A DNA stretch of 64,000 bases. It comes from Salpingoeca rosetta. Taxonomy: Eukaryota > Protista > Choanoflagellata. The first letter of the stretch is position 1. The number at the start of each line of letters is the position of its first letter. This document shows, one piece after another, positions 29,762 to 41,336 of the stretch. The stretch covers positions 1-64,000 of the forward strand of contig JAWQFM010000013.1 in the NCBI GenBank assembly GCA_033442325.1, written 5' to 3'. The position numbers were made by a program, and so were the translations under genes. The notes beneath the pieces were generated by a model. That model saw nothing but the letters and a program-made list of their open reading frames with translations. It had not been told where the DNA came from and did no database searches.

Positions 29762-30284
29762 GTTGGCTATTGTGTGTGTCAGATCTTCGAAGAAGAGGTC
29801 CCGATCTGCAAGGACATACCCCTCGCCATACCCTCAAATCCTTTTATGCCTGGGTATAATACAGACGAGCGTACGTGGCTTACCGAGGAGCAACGAGCCA
29901 GTTTAGGGAACTAGATGGCGCGTCTCCCGGGCCCAGTGATGGGTATGTCTCGCATAGCCATTCCCCTAATAGCGCGCTCTGGCTTCTCGCCCATGCACGA
30001 CGTGAAAGACCGAGGTTCACGCTTACACTGCAAAGCCTTCAATAGCTGTTTCCGACACGTTATAACCCAAGCAGCGTCAGAAACGATGCCCCCACGGGTG
30101 GGTGACATGCGGCGATGTGAATCGAGAGATAGCAACCACTCTCGCCGTAATCTATTGTCGGGAAGACTCGGGCTCGCTGCTCGGGCGAATTTCTTTAAGC
30201 TATAAATCTCGGGCCAGTCTGAGATCTTCGAAGACGAATACGGTTTACGCACCGCATAACGACCAGTGTGTGTGTGCGTTTGTG

Positions 30285-30322
<38 letters not shown>

Positions 30323-33309
30323 TTTGTGCATTGTGTGTGTGCGTTTGTGCATTGTGTGTGTGTGTGTGTGCGTGTGTGTGTACGTTTGTGCATTGTATGT
30401 GTGAATGCAGAATGCAGTTACTGTATCTCACCCACTGTGCTTGACACCCTCTCATTGCTCCTGGCCATCCTATGCGCTGTGGGCAATATCCACTCCACCT
30501 TTGTCTTGCGTGCGCAGGCTGCATCAGAACTCCATCAGCGATGAGGGCGCTGTTGCATTTGCAGAGATGCTCAAGCATAACACCACCCTCAAATCGCTCA
30601 AGTGAGTGAGGGCTCACATCTCTGAATGTACCCGCTGTAAGCATGTGTGTGCTTATGTGCGTGCGTGTGAGTGTGTCTTTGTCTGTGTCTGTGTGCACGC
30701 ATATTGTTTGCGAATGCAGACTGCAGTAGCTGCGTTTCACTCAATGTGCTTGACACCCTCCCAATGCTCCTGGCCACCGTATTCACTGTCATCAACCTCC
30801 ACTTCACATTCCTCTTGTTTGTGCAGGCTGCATTATAATCACATTCGTGATGAGGGTGCTGTGGCGCTTGCAGAAATGCTGAAGCAGAACACCAACTTTA
30901 AATCGTTCAAGTGAGCGAGGGCACACCTGTATTGAATGTATTCGCCGTGAGCATGTGTGTGTGTGTTGATGTGTTGATATGTGTGTTAATGTGTGCGTTA
31001 ATGTGTATGTGTGTGTGTGTGTGTGCGTGTGTGTGTGTGTATGTGTGTGTGTGCACATGCATATTGTATGCGAATGCGGAATGCAGTTTCTGCGTTTCAC
31101 CCATTCTGCTTGACACCCGCTCATCACTTCTGACCATCGTATTCACTGTCGTCAACCTCCACTCCTCCTCTGGCTTGGATGCACAGCCTGATGAGCAATC
31201 AAATCAGCGATGTCGGCGCGATAGCGTTGGCGGAGATGCTCAAGGTCAACACGAGTCTCGAACGCCTGTTGTGAGTCGAAACCCTGCTCCCCCCAACCAC
31301 TCGACAGGGATGGATACCATTGAGCTTGTTCTTGCGAGTATCGTTGACAGCTCAAGGCACAGCCCGCTATGTGTGAAGTGTGCGCATCACTGCAACATGA
31401 GTGCTGTCACATGTTGTGCAATCAGTTTGTTTCCTGTGCATGTGCCTCTACCACCGAATTGCAGGCGCGCAAGGTTGCACCGTGCATGACCTAGCCACGA
31501 CGCGGCGTCGTTCGTGGTGTTCACATGTGCTGCTCGCCTTCAATTTGCCGCCCCTTTCCTGCTCCCTCACTCGTTCCCTTCCCGCATGCATTCCTTGTCA
31601 TGTTTAGCTTGGACAGCAACTCCATCACCCCAGTTGGAGGCGCGGCGCTGGGAGCTGCCCTGGGCCACAACCGCACACTGAAACAGCTTGAGTACGCCGA
31701 TTGCACTACGTTCACCTCATGCATGATCGCGTCCCTCATTGCGGGCAACGCGATCAAGCACGATGGCTGAGTGCATGCTACAGCACAACATGGTGCATCC
31801 GGCTTGCATGTCCGTGCAGAGCCACAAAAACCAACTCGTCACGCATGTACCACATTCCTCCCTTCGACTACATACCACCATGCTGTATGCCGTTCAGGAT
31901 CCAGAAGAACTTCTCCCCCGAAACCGCCCGCGCTTTTGGTGCCGCGCTGCCCGTTCACCGAGTGATCCTCACAACCTGGTCAGTGAATGCATGTTCTCAT
32001 TCCATGTTGATGCTGTGCACTTTGGCTCCCTCGCTCGCACACTGACTGCGTTGCGTTTGTGATGATCGTGTCCCATCCCGTATGTGATTCTGTGTTTGCA
32101 GGTCTGACGACAAGGAGGGCAAGGCCGCCTTCATCAAAGCACGCAAGGAGAAGCAGCAGCAGCTGAAGCAACTGTTTGTGGCTTGCAGGGGTGGCGATGT
32201 TCCCGCTGTCACTTCCTTCATCAACCAAGACCATGCAGACATCAACGAACAGGATGAGCACGTGTGTTCATGAAATATGAAGGGACTGGTTTGTTGTTCC
32301 ACTGCTCGCATGCTCGTGCTCGTGGGTTCTCACCATACGTGCTCCGTGTCCGTTTCTATTCAATCTACACAGGGCGACACGTTGCTCCACATCGCTTGCA
32401 AATACAGCCAACTTGCCATTGCGAACCTTCTCCTCGAACACGGCGCCAATGCTGTGATCGAGAATGACGAGGTGAGGCTCACCCCTCCCCTTGTGTTGAG
32501 CCCAATAATAATGTGGGCACTGGTTCCTAGGTTCCTTGCTCGACGCTGTCGTCTCCTTTGTACTTCTGCCAAACTTTCCTTCCGCTATCTCCCACCTTCT
32601 GGTGATTACATTACTGCACGTGTTGACTGCACGTGCTCACGTTTGCAGGGAGAGACGCCGTACGATTTGGCTGAAGCCGGTGGCCACACTGCCATCACCA
32701 GCATTGAGGAGATTCTTGCTGGCAGCAAGCTTCATGAGCAAGAGTCCTCGGACCAAGCTGTGCGTTGTGTGTGTGTGTGTGTGTTTGTGTGTGTGTGTAT
32801 GTGTGTTTGTGTGTTTGTGTGTGTGTGTGTATGAGTGTTGCGTGTTGTGTTTATGTGTGCGTGAGTGTTGTGTACATGCGTGTGTGTATGTGTGTGTGTG
32901 TGTTGTGTATATGTGTGTGTATGTCTGTACAGGGATGCAAACGCATGCAGGCGTGATTGCTCCTCCTCCACTTGACGATCACACCCTCTTTCATCAACCT
33001 TCTTGCTCATTCGCGTTGCAGTCATCTTCAACCGAAACCTCCGCTGCACCACCGCATCCAACCCCTGCTTCTTCTTCATCATCCCCATTTGAGCCCGAGC
33101 TGACAGAATGGCTCAAGCGCCACTCGCTGCTGCCGCACGTTGAACCAGCCTTGGTGGAACACGGCATCGATAAGCTGGACGTGCTGGTGGAGGCCGTGAA
33201 TGACGGCGATTTGACGAAAGCCATGCTGAAAGAGGCCGGTGTCAAGATTGGGTCGGCAATCAAGCTGATCCAAGAAGCAACGAAGTGCTCCCTGGCAAGT
33301 TCTGAGTAG
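28889..33309 (+). CDS. RI-like LRR - ankyrin - SAM protein (possibly the 5' part of the downstream TIR/SH2 receptor gene)
   Basis: Exon 1 at 28889-29004 (MFRCK...IANNTCG). Six 84-bp phase-2 LRR exons (29279-29362, 29506-29589, 30518-30601, 30827-30910, 31187-31270, 31608-31691; LxxNxIxDEGAxALAExLKxNTTLxxL). Ankyrin exons GDTLLHIACKY...LLLEHGA and GETPYDLA. SAM-like LTEWLKRHSL...LVEHGID...LKEAGVKIGSAIKL. Confidence 0.85.
29777..30265. mobile_element. ~490-bp compositionally foreign insertion in an intronic (GT)n tract; candidate solo LTR or small non-autonomous element
   Basis: Non-repetitive, TpA-rich sequence interrupting a CGTTTGTGCATTGTGTG/(GT)n array. Can be read as TG...CA termini. 13-bp direct repeat AGATCTTCGAAGA at 29781-29793 and 30222-30234; TATAAA at 30201. 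A target-site duplication cannot be judged inside the microsatellite. Confidence 0.45.
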
Positions 33310-33930
33310 CGTCACGCCTTTATCGGTCCTGTCTCATCTCCAGTTTGCCATTACTCCCTTTCAGCTTACATTTGCCGTCCTGTCTTCATGTTGCATGATG
33401 CCCTGAGTGTTGCGTGCCGTCGCAATGTCGCGTTGAGCTCTGCACGCTCTTGCCTTGCATCATTTCAAGCGTTTCTTGTTTCTCCTCATGTCAGTCCTGT
33501 TGCGTACATCTGCTGTTGTTCGAGTGCACTGCGTGAGGGCCCCTACGCGTTGCTTCTTTGCTTCACCCCCTCGCCCCAAACACGTGATGCTTTTCCTATC
33601 AAAATACATGCCCTTTTGCAGCTTGCGCGTCGCATCACACCTTCAGACCCTCACTTCACTTCGCAACAAAGCATTCAATTGATTCTTGTGCGTGTCCTTG
33701 ACACACACTGCCGCGCATGAGCGCCGAAAGTATGGGCAAAACTTTCTCCAATTGTCCCCTTTGCGCGCCTTTTGCTCACATGAGCGAGACCAACAACAAC
33801 CCCATTTTGCTTTTCTCGCTTTTTGTCCTTGTGCTTGTTGTCTCCACACAACACAACAACACGCGGCTTCCACCAATCGACCATTGAGCACACACCCCTC
33901 CTCCTTCCACACTGAGCCCACAACGCCTGC

Positions 33931-34703
33931 ATGAGCAGGGCGTGTGACGTGTTCATCTCGGCGGTGCCGGGAGAAGCCGACGCGGCCGGTGAAACCCTGA
34001 AGGCAAGCCTGGATGACCGTGCGTTGGACACGTTTCTCGATCTCACACCAACGCCCACCCCGTCCGCGGGTTCAAGCACTAGCTCATCGTCTCATGGCCC
34101 GGACGTGCCACGTGCAGCTGCTTTGCGTGCATGCAAGCTTGTGGTCATCTTGGGGACGCCATCCTACGGATTAGAGGTGCCTGCAAGCACGCCCAGTGAT
34201 GACAACGTTGATGATGATCAAGACCAGGACAGCGGAAGCGACGCCGCCTGCCAACAATACGGCGACACTGGTTGTCCGGACAAGAACAGTAAGGCTTCGA
34301 GCAAGCAGCAGAAGCGCAACCCGACGGCGAGCGACCTTGCGTTCGTGTTGCAGCACCAGAAGCCACTTGTGGTCATCGACATGTGCCAGTCTGCGTTTAA
34401 TTCGCCGTCGGTGCAGGAGCGCTTGCTGCACAGTGCTCACGCCACCAAAGTTGACTGGCACCTGGACACAACAACGGACACGACCATCAGTGTTCCCGCT
34501 CCCGTCCTGGCATGCATCTCTGACAAACTAATGGTGCGTGTGCGTGTGCGTGTGCTTGTGCGTGTGTGTGCGTGTGTGTGCGTGTGTGTGTGTGTGTGTG
34601 CGTGCGTGTGTGTGCGTGCGTGTGCGTGTGCGTGTGCGTGTGCGTGTGCGTGTGCGTGTGCGTGTGTGTGTGCGTGTGTGTGTGTGTGTGCGTGTGCGTG
34701 TGC

Positions 34704-34747
<44 letters not shown>

Positions 34748-35143
34748 GTGCGGGTGTGCGTGTGCGCGCAGGGTGCGTGCACTTGTGTGTCTGGTGCTGT
34801 GGGCGCTCACCTTGCGTTCCCCCGCTCCCACCACACACGCAAATACATGTTCTCCACACCAGAGCGTCTCCTTCTCTAGGCAGGCTCGATCCATCAATTT
34901 GGTGCCAACAGTTGAAGGCTCGATCCCTGCAAGCACGGACACAAACACGGACAAGCTGTACGAAGATGGAAACATTGTCGATCAGCCTGGCATGGCTGTC
35001 AATCTCGCAGTTGAAGTTGCGCGCTCCTTCCCAATTCAGCAAGCTGAAGCGCAGAAAGCACTGTCGAACGGGCAGCACCCACCTGGCACATTTATTCTGC
35101 GGGATGGCCCTGTACCAAACACCATCATCATAGCCCTGGTGCG

Positions 35144-35178
<35 letters not shown>

Positions 35179-38100
35179 GGATGAACTTGTCCATGCATAC
35201 TCACCCTTCTTCATACCATCTCTCTCTCCTTTTCCTTTCGTGACCACTCTTGTCGCCTGCCCTATTTCCCCTTCCTCCTCCTACACCCTGTTTCCCTGCA
35301 CAGCTCGCACGGGAGGGCGTTGTCGAGGAGCATACGCTCACGAAACACGACAGTCACTCTTTTTCCCTGAACAACGAGCTCTTGCCAAAGGAGTGCACCA
35401 CGCTTCAAGCCATCATCTCCCATCTCAAGACCAACCCTCACTCGCTTCCCCTCCCGGTACGTGCCGGCGATTTTCCAACACACTGCCACAACACAACACA
35501 ACACAACACAACACGACACAAACACAACACAACACAACACAACACAACACAACACAACACAACACAACACACGAGGCGCTCTCGCACAACTGCCTCACAC
35601 CTCCTCTCCTTTGCCCTCCTTTGCTCTCCCAACCCTCTCCATCCCCTGCACACCTTCAGCTGGGGAATGCCGTGGTGCTGCCGCACGTGTATGAGAAGAC
35701 AACCCCCAAGGGAAGCACACCACCCTTGAAACCCGGACATGTGCAGTCCCTGCAGCCCAGCCACCATTCTTCGCCGCAGTCCAACTACGAAGCCACATTG
35801 TCCAATGCTCACTCCGGTGAGGCTGGCAGCAACCACGGCAGCCACCCCAGTGGAATGCCTTCGCGTGGTGCAGCGGGGATGCGAGGCCTGCCCGCCGCCG
35901 TCGGTCAGGGACGTGCTGATCAGCCCATTCGACTGTACGGCGATCCCACGAACCCGGGCGGAGTACCGACGCGACCGCTCTATGTGCATGTTCCGCCAGC
36001 CGGGCAAACGGCCATCGATCCAAGCTCATTCAAGGTGTACGGCGACGCAAACGCCTCAACAGGAGCGCGCGATCAAGAGAGGCAACAGCAGCAGCCAGGC
36101 CCACAGGAGCAAGCGCCGCCCGGCAACAGCAAGGGCCAGGACTACCTTGAGCCTGTGAGCACGCGGCCATCCTCGTCCATCCCAAACTGCTATGGGCAAA
36201 TCATGGCCAACCCCGACTACGAGCACCTCAAGCCCGAGTACGACCACATCTCGGAGGACGACGAGTTTGGTCTGCCGACGACCGAGCAGCTGCGTACCTT
36301 TGAGATGGAGCTCAGCGGCGACGGCACCAGCGGTGCACATGACGAGCATGCACAGCGACAGCAGCAGGGACGCCCAAGAAAGGCCGCAAGGGCAGCGCGT
36401 GGCGATGGAAAGGGCTCTCTCACTGAGAACCCGGTCCTCGCCTGGTGCTCCGCGCTGTGCGTGCTGTGCGGACTTGGCTCGTGCGGCAAGCGCCGTCTCA
36501 GAATCATCGCAGGCGTCTCAGTCTTCGCCTTGGTCATCATCATCGTTGCAGCCGTTGCGGCAACGTCAGCCGGCGGCGGTGGTGGTGGAAATGGCCCCAG
36601 CAGCGCGGCAGCAGCGACGTGCGAGACGATCCTGCCGCTCACACTCGATTGCCTGGACACAGAGTCAACCACCCTAGTGGAGTATGCGGCCGTCAACTCA
36701 GGGCCCGTGTGCGAGGTGCAGCGTGTGGAGAACTGCTGCTGCGACGCCTTCTTCACCTTGGCCCGTGTCAACGGCTCGGTGCACGTCGTCGCCAACGCTA
36801 CGAGCCCCACGTCCCTGAGCCTCGGCTCCCACCTCACGTACATCGCCGGTGACTTTATCATCGACACCACACCACCTTCACCCTCCTCCTCCTCCTCCTC
36901 CTCCTCCTCCTCCTCCTCCTCCTTTGCCGGTGTGGCTGTACAGTCATCGTCCTTGCTGCCCATGTTGGCTATGGTTGATTTTGGCGTCGTCGAGCGCATT
37001 GGTGGGAGCGTCCGCGTGGCTGGATTTGGCGCGCTGACGCACGTTGACTTCCGTCAACTGACCTTCATTGGCGGATCTCTTGATCTCCGAGACAGTACCG
37101 TCCTCCACTCACTCAGCCTTGAGCAGGTGGCCAGCGTCGGTGGCAGCGTCGTGCTCAACAACACCTCCCTGACCAGCATCGATTTTGGCGCGCTCACACA
37201 GGTTGCAGGCGATCTTTCGCTCGCCTCAACTCCCGTCACGAGCATCGACCTTGCCAGGATCGCACACATCGGCGGCACCCTAACCATGCGCCAGGACACC
37301 CCCCACCTCGAGACAGTCCGTCTTGGGCAGCTCACGCGTGTTGGGGGCGACGTGGTGCTTGCAGGCACCGCTGTTCGTGCTGTGGCGCTTGCGCGTATGA
37401 CCACCATCGGCGGCAGCTTGCTCGTGCGCGATAACAACCTGCTCACGTCCATCCAGCTCAACGACCTGGCACACGTCGGCGCCGGCATGGTTCTCTCCAG
37501 CAACGATCTGCAGTTCATCAACTTTGCTCACGTGCCGTCCGTTGGCAGTGAGCTCGACATCAGCAACAACGAGCGCCTGACGATGCTGCAGCTGGGTTCA
37601 CTCACACGTGTGGACGGCAGCTTCAGCCTGGCGACCTGCGGGTTCACGGCCGTTGACTTTTCGGGACTTGAGCGCGTCGGTGGCGACCTCGATGTAAGCA
37701 ACAACGCCCTGACCAGCATCGCGTTTGGCAGCGCGCTGACGATGGTAGGCGGCGATGTGAACCTCAGCAACAACGGTTTCGACTACCTTGACGCTATTCT
37801 CGGCGAGGGCGCCTCATCAACACAAGCAGGGGCAGCAACCGCGGTGCTCCCTGTCATTGGGGGCAGCCTTGTTCTTGCTGGTAACCTGCTCCCCTCCGCC
37901 AGCATGAGGGCGTTTCCTGCGACAATCGGCGGCGCCGTGGATCTTAGCAACAACCTGCTGTCCAGCCTGTCGTTTGACGGGCTGACGAGCCTTGAGTTTG
38001 GCGTCCTGGCCGCGAACAACAACGGGCTGCAATATGTGGACCTGCGTGACGTGACTGCGGTGCACGGTGACCTGGATCTGAGCTTGACCGGTTTGTACAC

Positions 38101-39970
38101 GTTGGTGGCGACAAAGGTGGACCTGTTTGCCGGCGACGTGATTCTCGCCGACAACCGCCTAGGCTCCATCCTGTTCTCCAGCACCCTTACCCGCATTGCA
38201 GGCAGCCTCATCCTCAGCCACAACACCATCTATTCCATTAACTTCCCAGCGACACTCACGCACATCGGCGGCTCGCTCGAGCTCATCAACGACAACCTCC
38301 AATCCGTGGACCTGGGCGCAATCAGAACCATTGGCGACAGTCTCGTCGTTGCCAGCAGCGCTTCCCTCAACTCGTTTGACTTTGGAGACGTCACTCAGAT
38401 TGGCGGCAGCATCGTCATCACCAACACTACGCTCTCCTCCTTTGAGCCTCCGGCCTCAATGACAACGCTGAACGGAGACCTTGACCTGAGCAACACGGAG
38501 CTGAGCAGTTTCTCGCTCGGCCAGATCACCGCCATCACGGGCAGCCTGCTGCTGTCGCGCACGTCGCTGCAGCAGCTGCTGCTGCCAGGGTTGCAGTCCC
38601 TTGGCGGTTCGCTGGACGTCTCCGGCAGCAGCCAGCTCACCCGCGTCTCGTTTGGGCAGCTGACCAGCCTTGCTGGCGGCAGTCTCGTCGTGCACAGCAC
38701 TGCCGTGACCTCGCTCCCGCTCAACGACATCACTGCCGTTGGCGGCGACATTGACGTGCGCAGTTGCGCCAACCTCAGTACCCTGGACCTGGGCCCCCAC
38801 ATCACGGCTGTGCCCGGAAGCGTTCTCGCCATGAACAGTGGGCTGACGAGCATCGATCTGAGAAACGTGCGCCGCATCGGCCGCAACCTGAACGTCTCTG
38901 GCAGCAGTGACGCTGGGCTTGACCTTGACGTCGGCGCGTTGGAGTATGTGGGCGGGGCTGTGGATGTGAGTCGTACCAGTCTCGCCACCTTTGACCTGCG
39001 GGCGCTGGCGGTGATTGGCGGCGACTTGCGGATTGTGGATGCAGATGCACTGGCCGTGCTGGATGTGGGGGCGCTGACGCGCGTGGACGGGTCCTTCGTG
39101 CTGGATGAGTGCGACACGCTGCCTTCCCTTGGCTTTGGCGGCATTCGCTCCATCGGTGCCGATGTGCAGCTGAGCTCGAACCCTCGTCTCCTGCACGTCG
39201 ACGTTGGCAACGCCCTGACCCGGATTGCCGGTGTGCTACGCGTGGCCAACATGGACGGCCTGTCAGCGCTGGAGCTGGATCGAGTCGCCAGCGTGCACGC
39301 CGTTGACATTTCGTACTGCGAACCGCTGGTCAGGATCACGTTTCCCGCGCTCACACACATCGAAGATGGGATTACCATCACGGCGGTGGGCGTGGAAAGC
39401 GTCGACTTCCCCCTGCTCACAGGCTCGGTCCGATACGCAACATTTAACGCCCTCACAGCATCGCGTGTTTCACTGGGCGGCCTCCAGGAAGTCGCGGAGA
39501 CCTTAAACGTCCATCTACTCCAAGCGCTTCAGCAGCTGGACTTTGGAGCCATCACCCGTGTTGGAGGCAACGTTCACGTCACAGGGTTAGGGAGCGCCAG
39601 CGGGATTGCAATTGACTTTGCCGGCATCTCCACGATTGACGGTGCCGTTGAGGTCTCTGGCTGTGCCGCGGCTTCGCTGGACTTTGGCGCGTTGCGCTCT
39701 GTGGGTGGTGACTTGACTGTCGCTGACAACGGCCTCACGCAACTCAGCCTCGGCAGCATTTCAACCGTTGGCGGCAGTGTCAACCTCTTTGACGAGTCGT
39801 GGGCGGCACTGGACGTGGGCGCGCTGAAACAAGTGAGCGGTCAGGTCTATGTGTACCTGGGCGCCACCACGTCACTCAACTGCAACGGCTTTACTGCGGA
39901 ATGCTTGGCCGTCGAGGCAGCAGAAACAGCAACGCCACAGCTGATGCGTTGCCCAGACCCATGCTCATGA
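33931..39970 (+). CDS. Type II membrane protein: TIR-like - SH2 - Tyr-motif linker - TM - ~45 receptor-L-domain/LRR repeats (exons ~33931-34533, 34884-35138, 35304-35456, 35660-39970)
   Basis: All three introns are phase 0 GT-AG. TIR-like: CDVFIS...LKASL...[38 protein letters not shown]2: QAEAQKAL...PGTFILRD...HTL...[31 protein letters not shown] (~36502-36565) preceded by KRRLR. Then ~22-aa repeats LxxIGGxLxLxxNxLTSIDLxx up to the C-terminus. Confidence 0.85.
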
Positions 39971-40043
39971 TTCTGACGCGTGTGTGTGCGTGTGTAAGCG
40001 GAGGGAGGTTGGAAGGGGAGAGGGCGCTTGAGTGAGTGAGTGA

Positions 40044-40120
<77 letters not shown>

Positions 40121-40204
40121 TGTGCGTGTGCGTGTGTCCTTCCTACTCCGAACATGCTTGGCCGTTCTTTCCTTAACTTGCTCGCCTGTGTGCGGTGTTG
40201 TGTA

Positions 40205-40837
40205 CGCGCTCGATCCATTCGTCTGTTGTCCATTCGCCGCTGCTCTCGTCCGCACTGTACATCGCGACCGAGACAGGACATGTTCATGTGTGTGAGAGAG
40301 AGTGTGTGTGTGCGTGTGTGTGTGAGTGTGTGTGTGTGTGAGAGAGAGAGTGTGTGTGTGAGTGTGAGTGTGAGTGTGAGTGTGAGTGAGTGTGTGTGTG
40401 TGCGTGTGTGTGTCAGTTCATGGACACGCGCCACGGTGCAAGCTAACCAGCTTCACCAACAATCAAAAAGCACAAGTACACAGACACAAACGCAGACACA
40501 CAAGCAAGAACCAACAACTCCACATTGAACAAAGCAATGCACGGTGCTTGTGCTCACGTGGATGTAAAGACGAGATCGCTGCCGCGCGTCTCGATGCGGA
40601 AGGAGCGGATGAGGAATTTGCTTCCGGTGGCGTACGCGTAGCTGTTGTAGTCGTCGACGTACAGCTTGCCCTCAGCGGTGGACGAAGAGTCCAGTGCGGC
40701 CACGAGCGTAAACGGGTCGTGATGGGTCAGGCCAGACGTCCTGACAGCAGTTGTGGTGCGATGGGGCAACGGGGGAGAAGAGGTGAGGCGGTGATGGTGA
40801 TGATGGTGATGATGATGATGATGATGATGATGATGAC

Positions 40838-40885
<48 letters not shown>

Positions 40886-40942
40886 GATAAAGACAACAAA
40901 GAGGGTCACATCAACACAAGTCATCGACACACGATACATGCA

Positions 40943-40982
<40 letters not shown>

Positions 40983-41287
40983 GATGGACAGGCCATGTGT
41001 TCCTGTGCTACCTGCGGACACGCATCTTGCGTGGGATGATGCTGCCGCCGCGCTGGAAGACAGGGATCTTGCGCAATGGCGCAGCGACGGTCTTGCGGGC
41101 CGGTGCCGCATGCGATTGGCCAGTCTCGACGTCATACCACGGCTGGCGGCGGGCACAGACAACAGTCGCAGGGACGTGTAAGTCGCAGTGAGTGCAGTAC
41201 TAGCATGCTGGCATGTGCAGGCTGCGTGTGCAGAGGTGGAGGGACGAGCACGGCAGCTGCTGCAGAAGCGCTCAAACACGCAATGCG

Positions 41288-41336
<49 letters not shown>

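Noticed and set aside
35147-35659. N-terminal 171 aa of the 1607-aa ORF as a true start
   Set aside because: Consists of intron sequence including (CACAA)n and an SH2 exon read in another frame; the real exon starts at the acceptor at 35659/35660.
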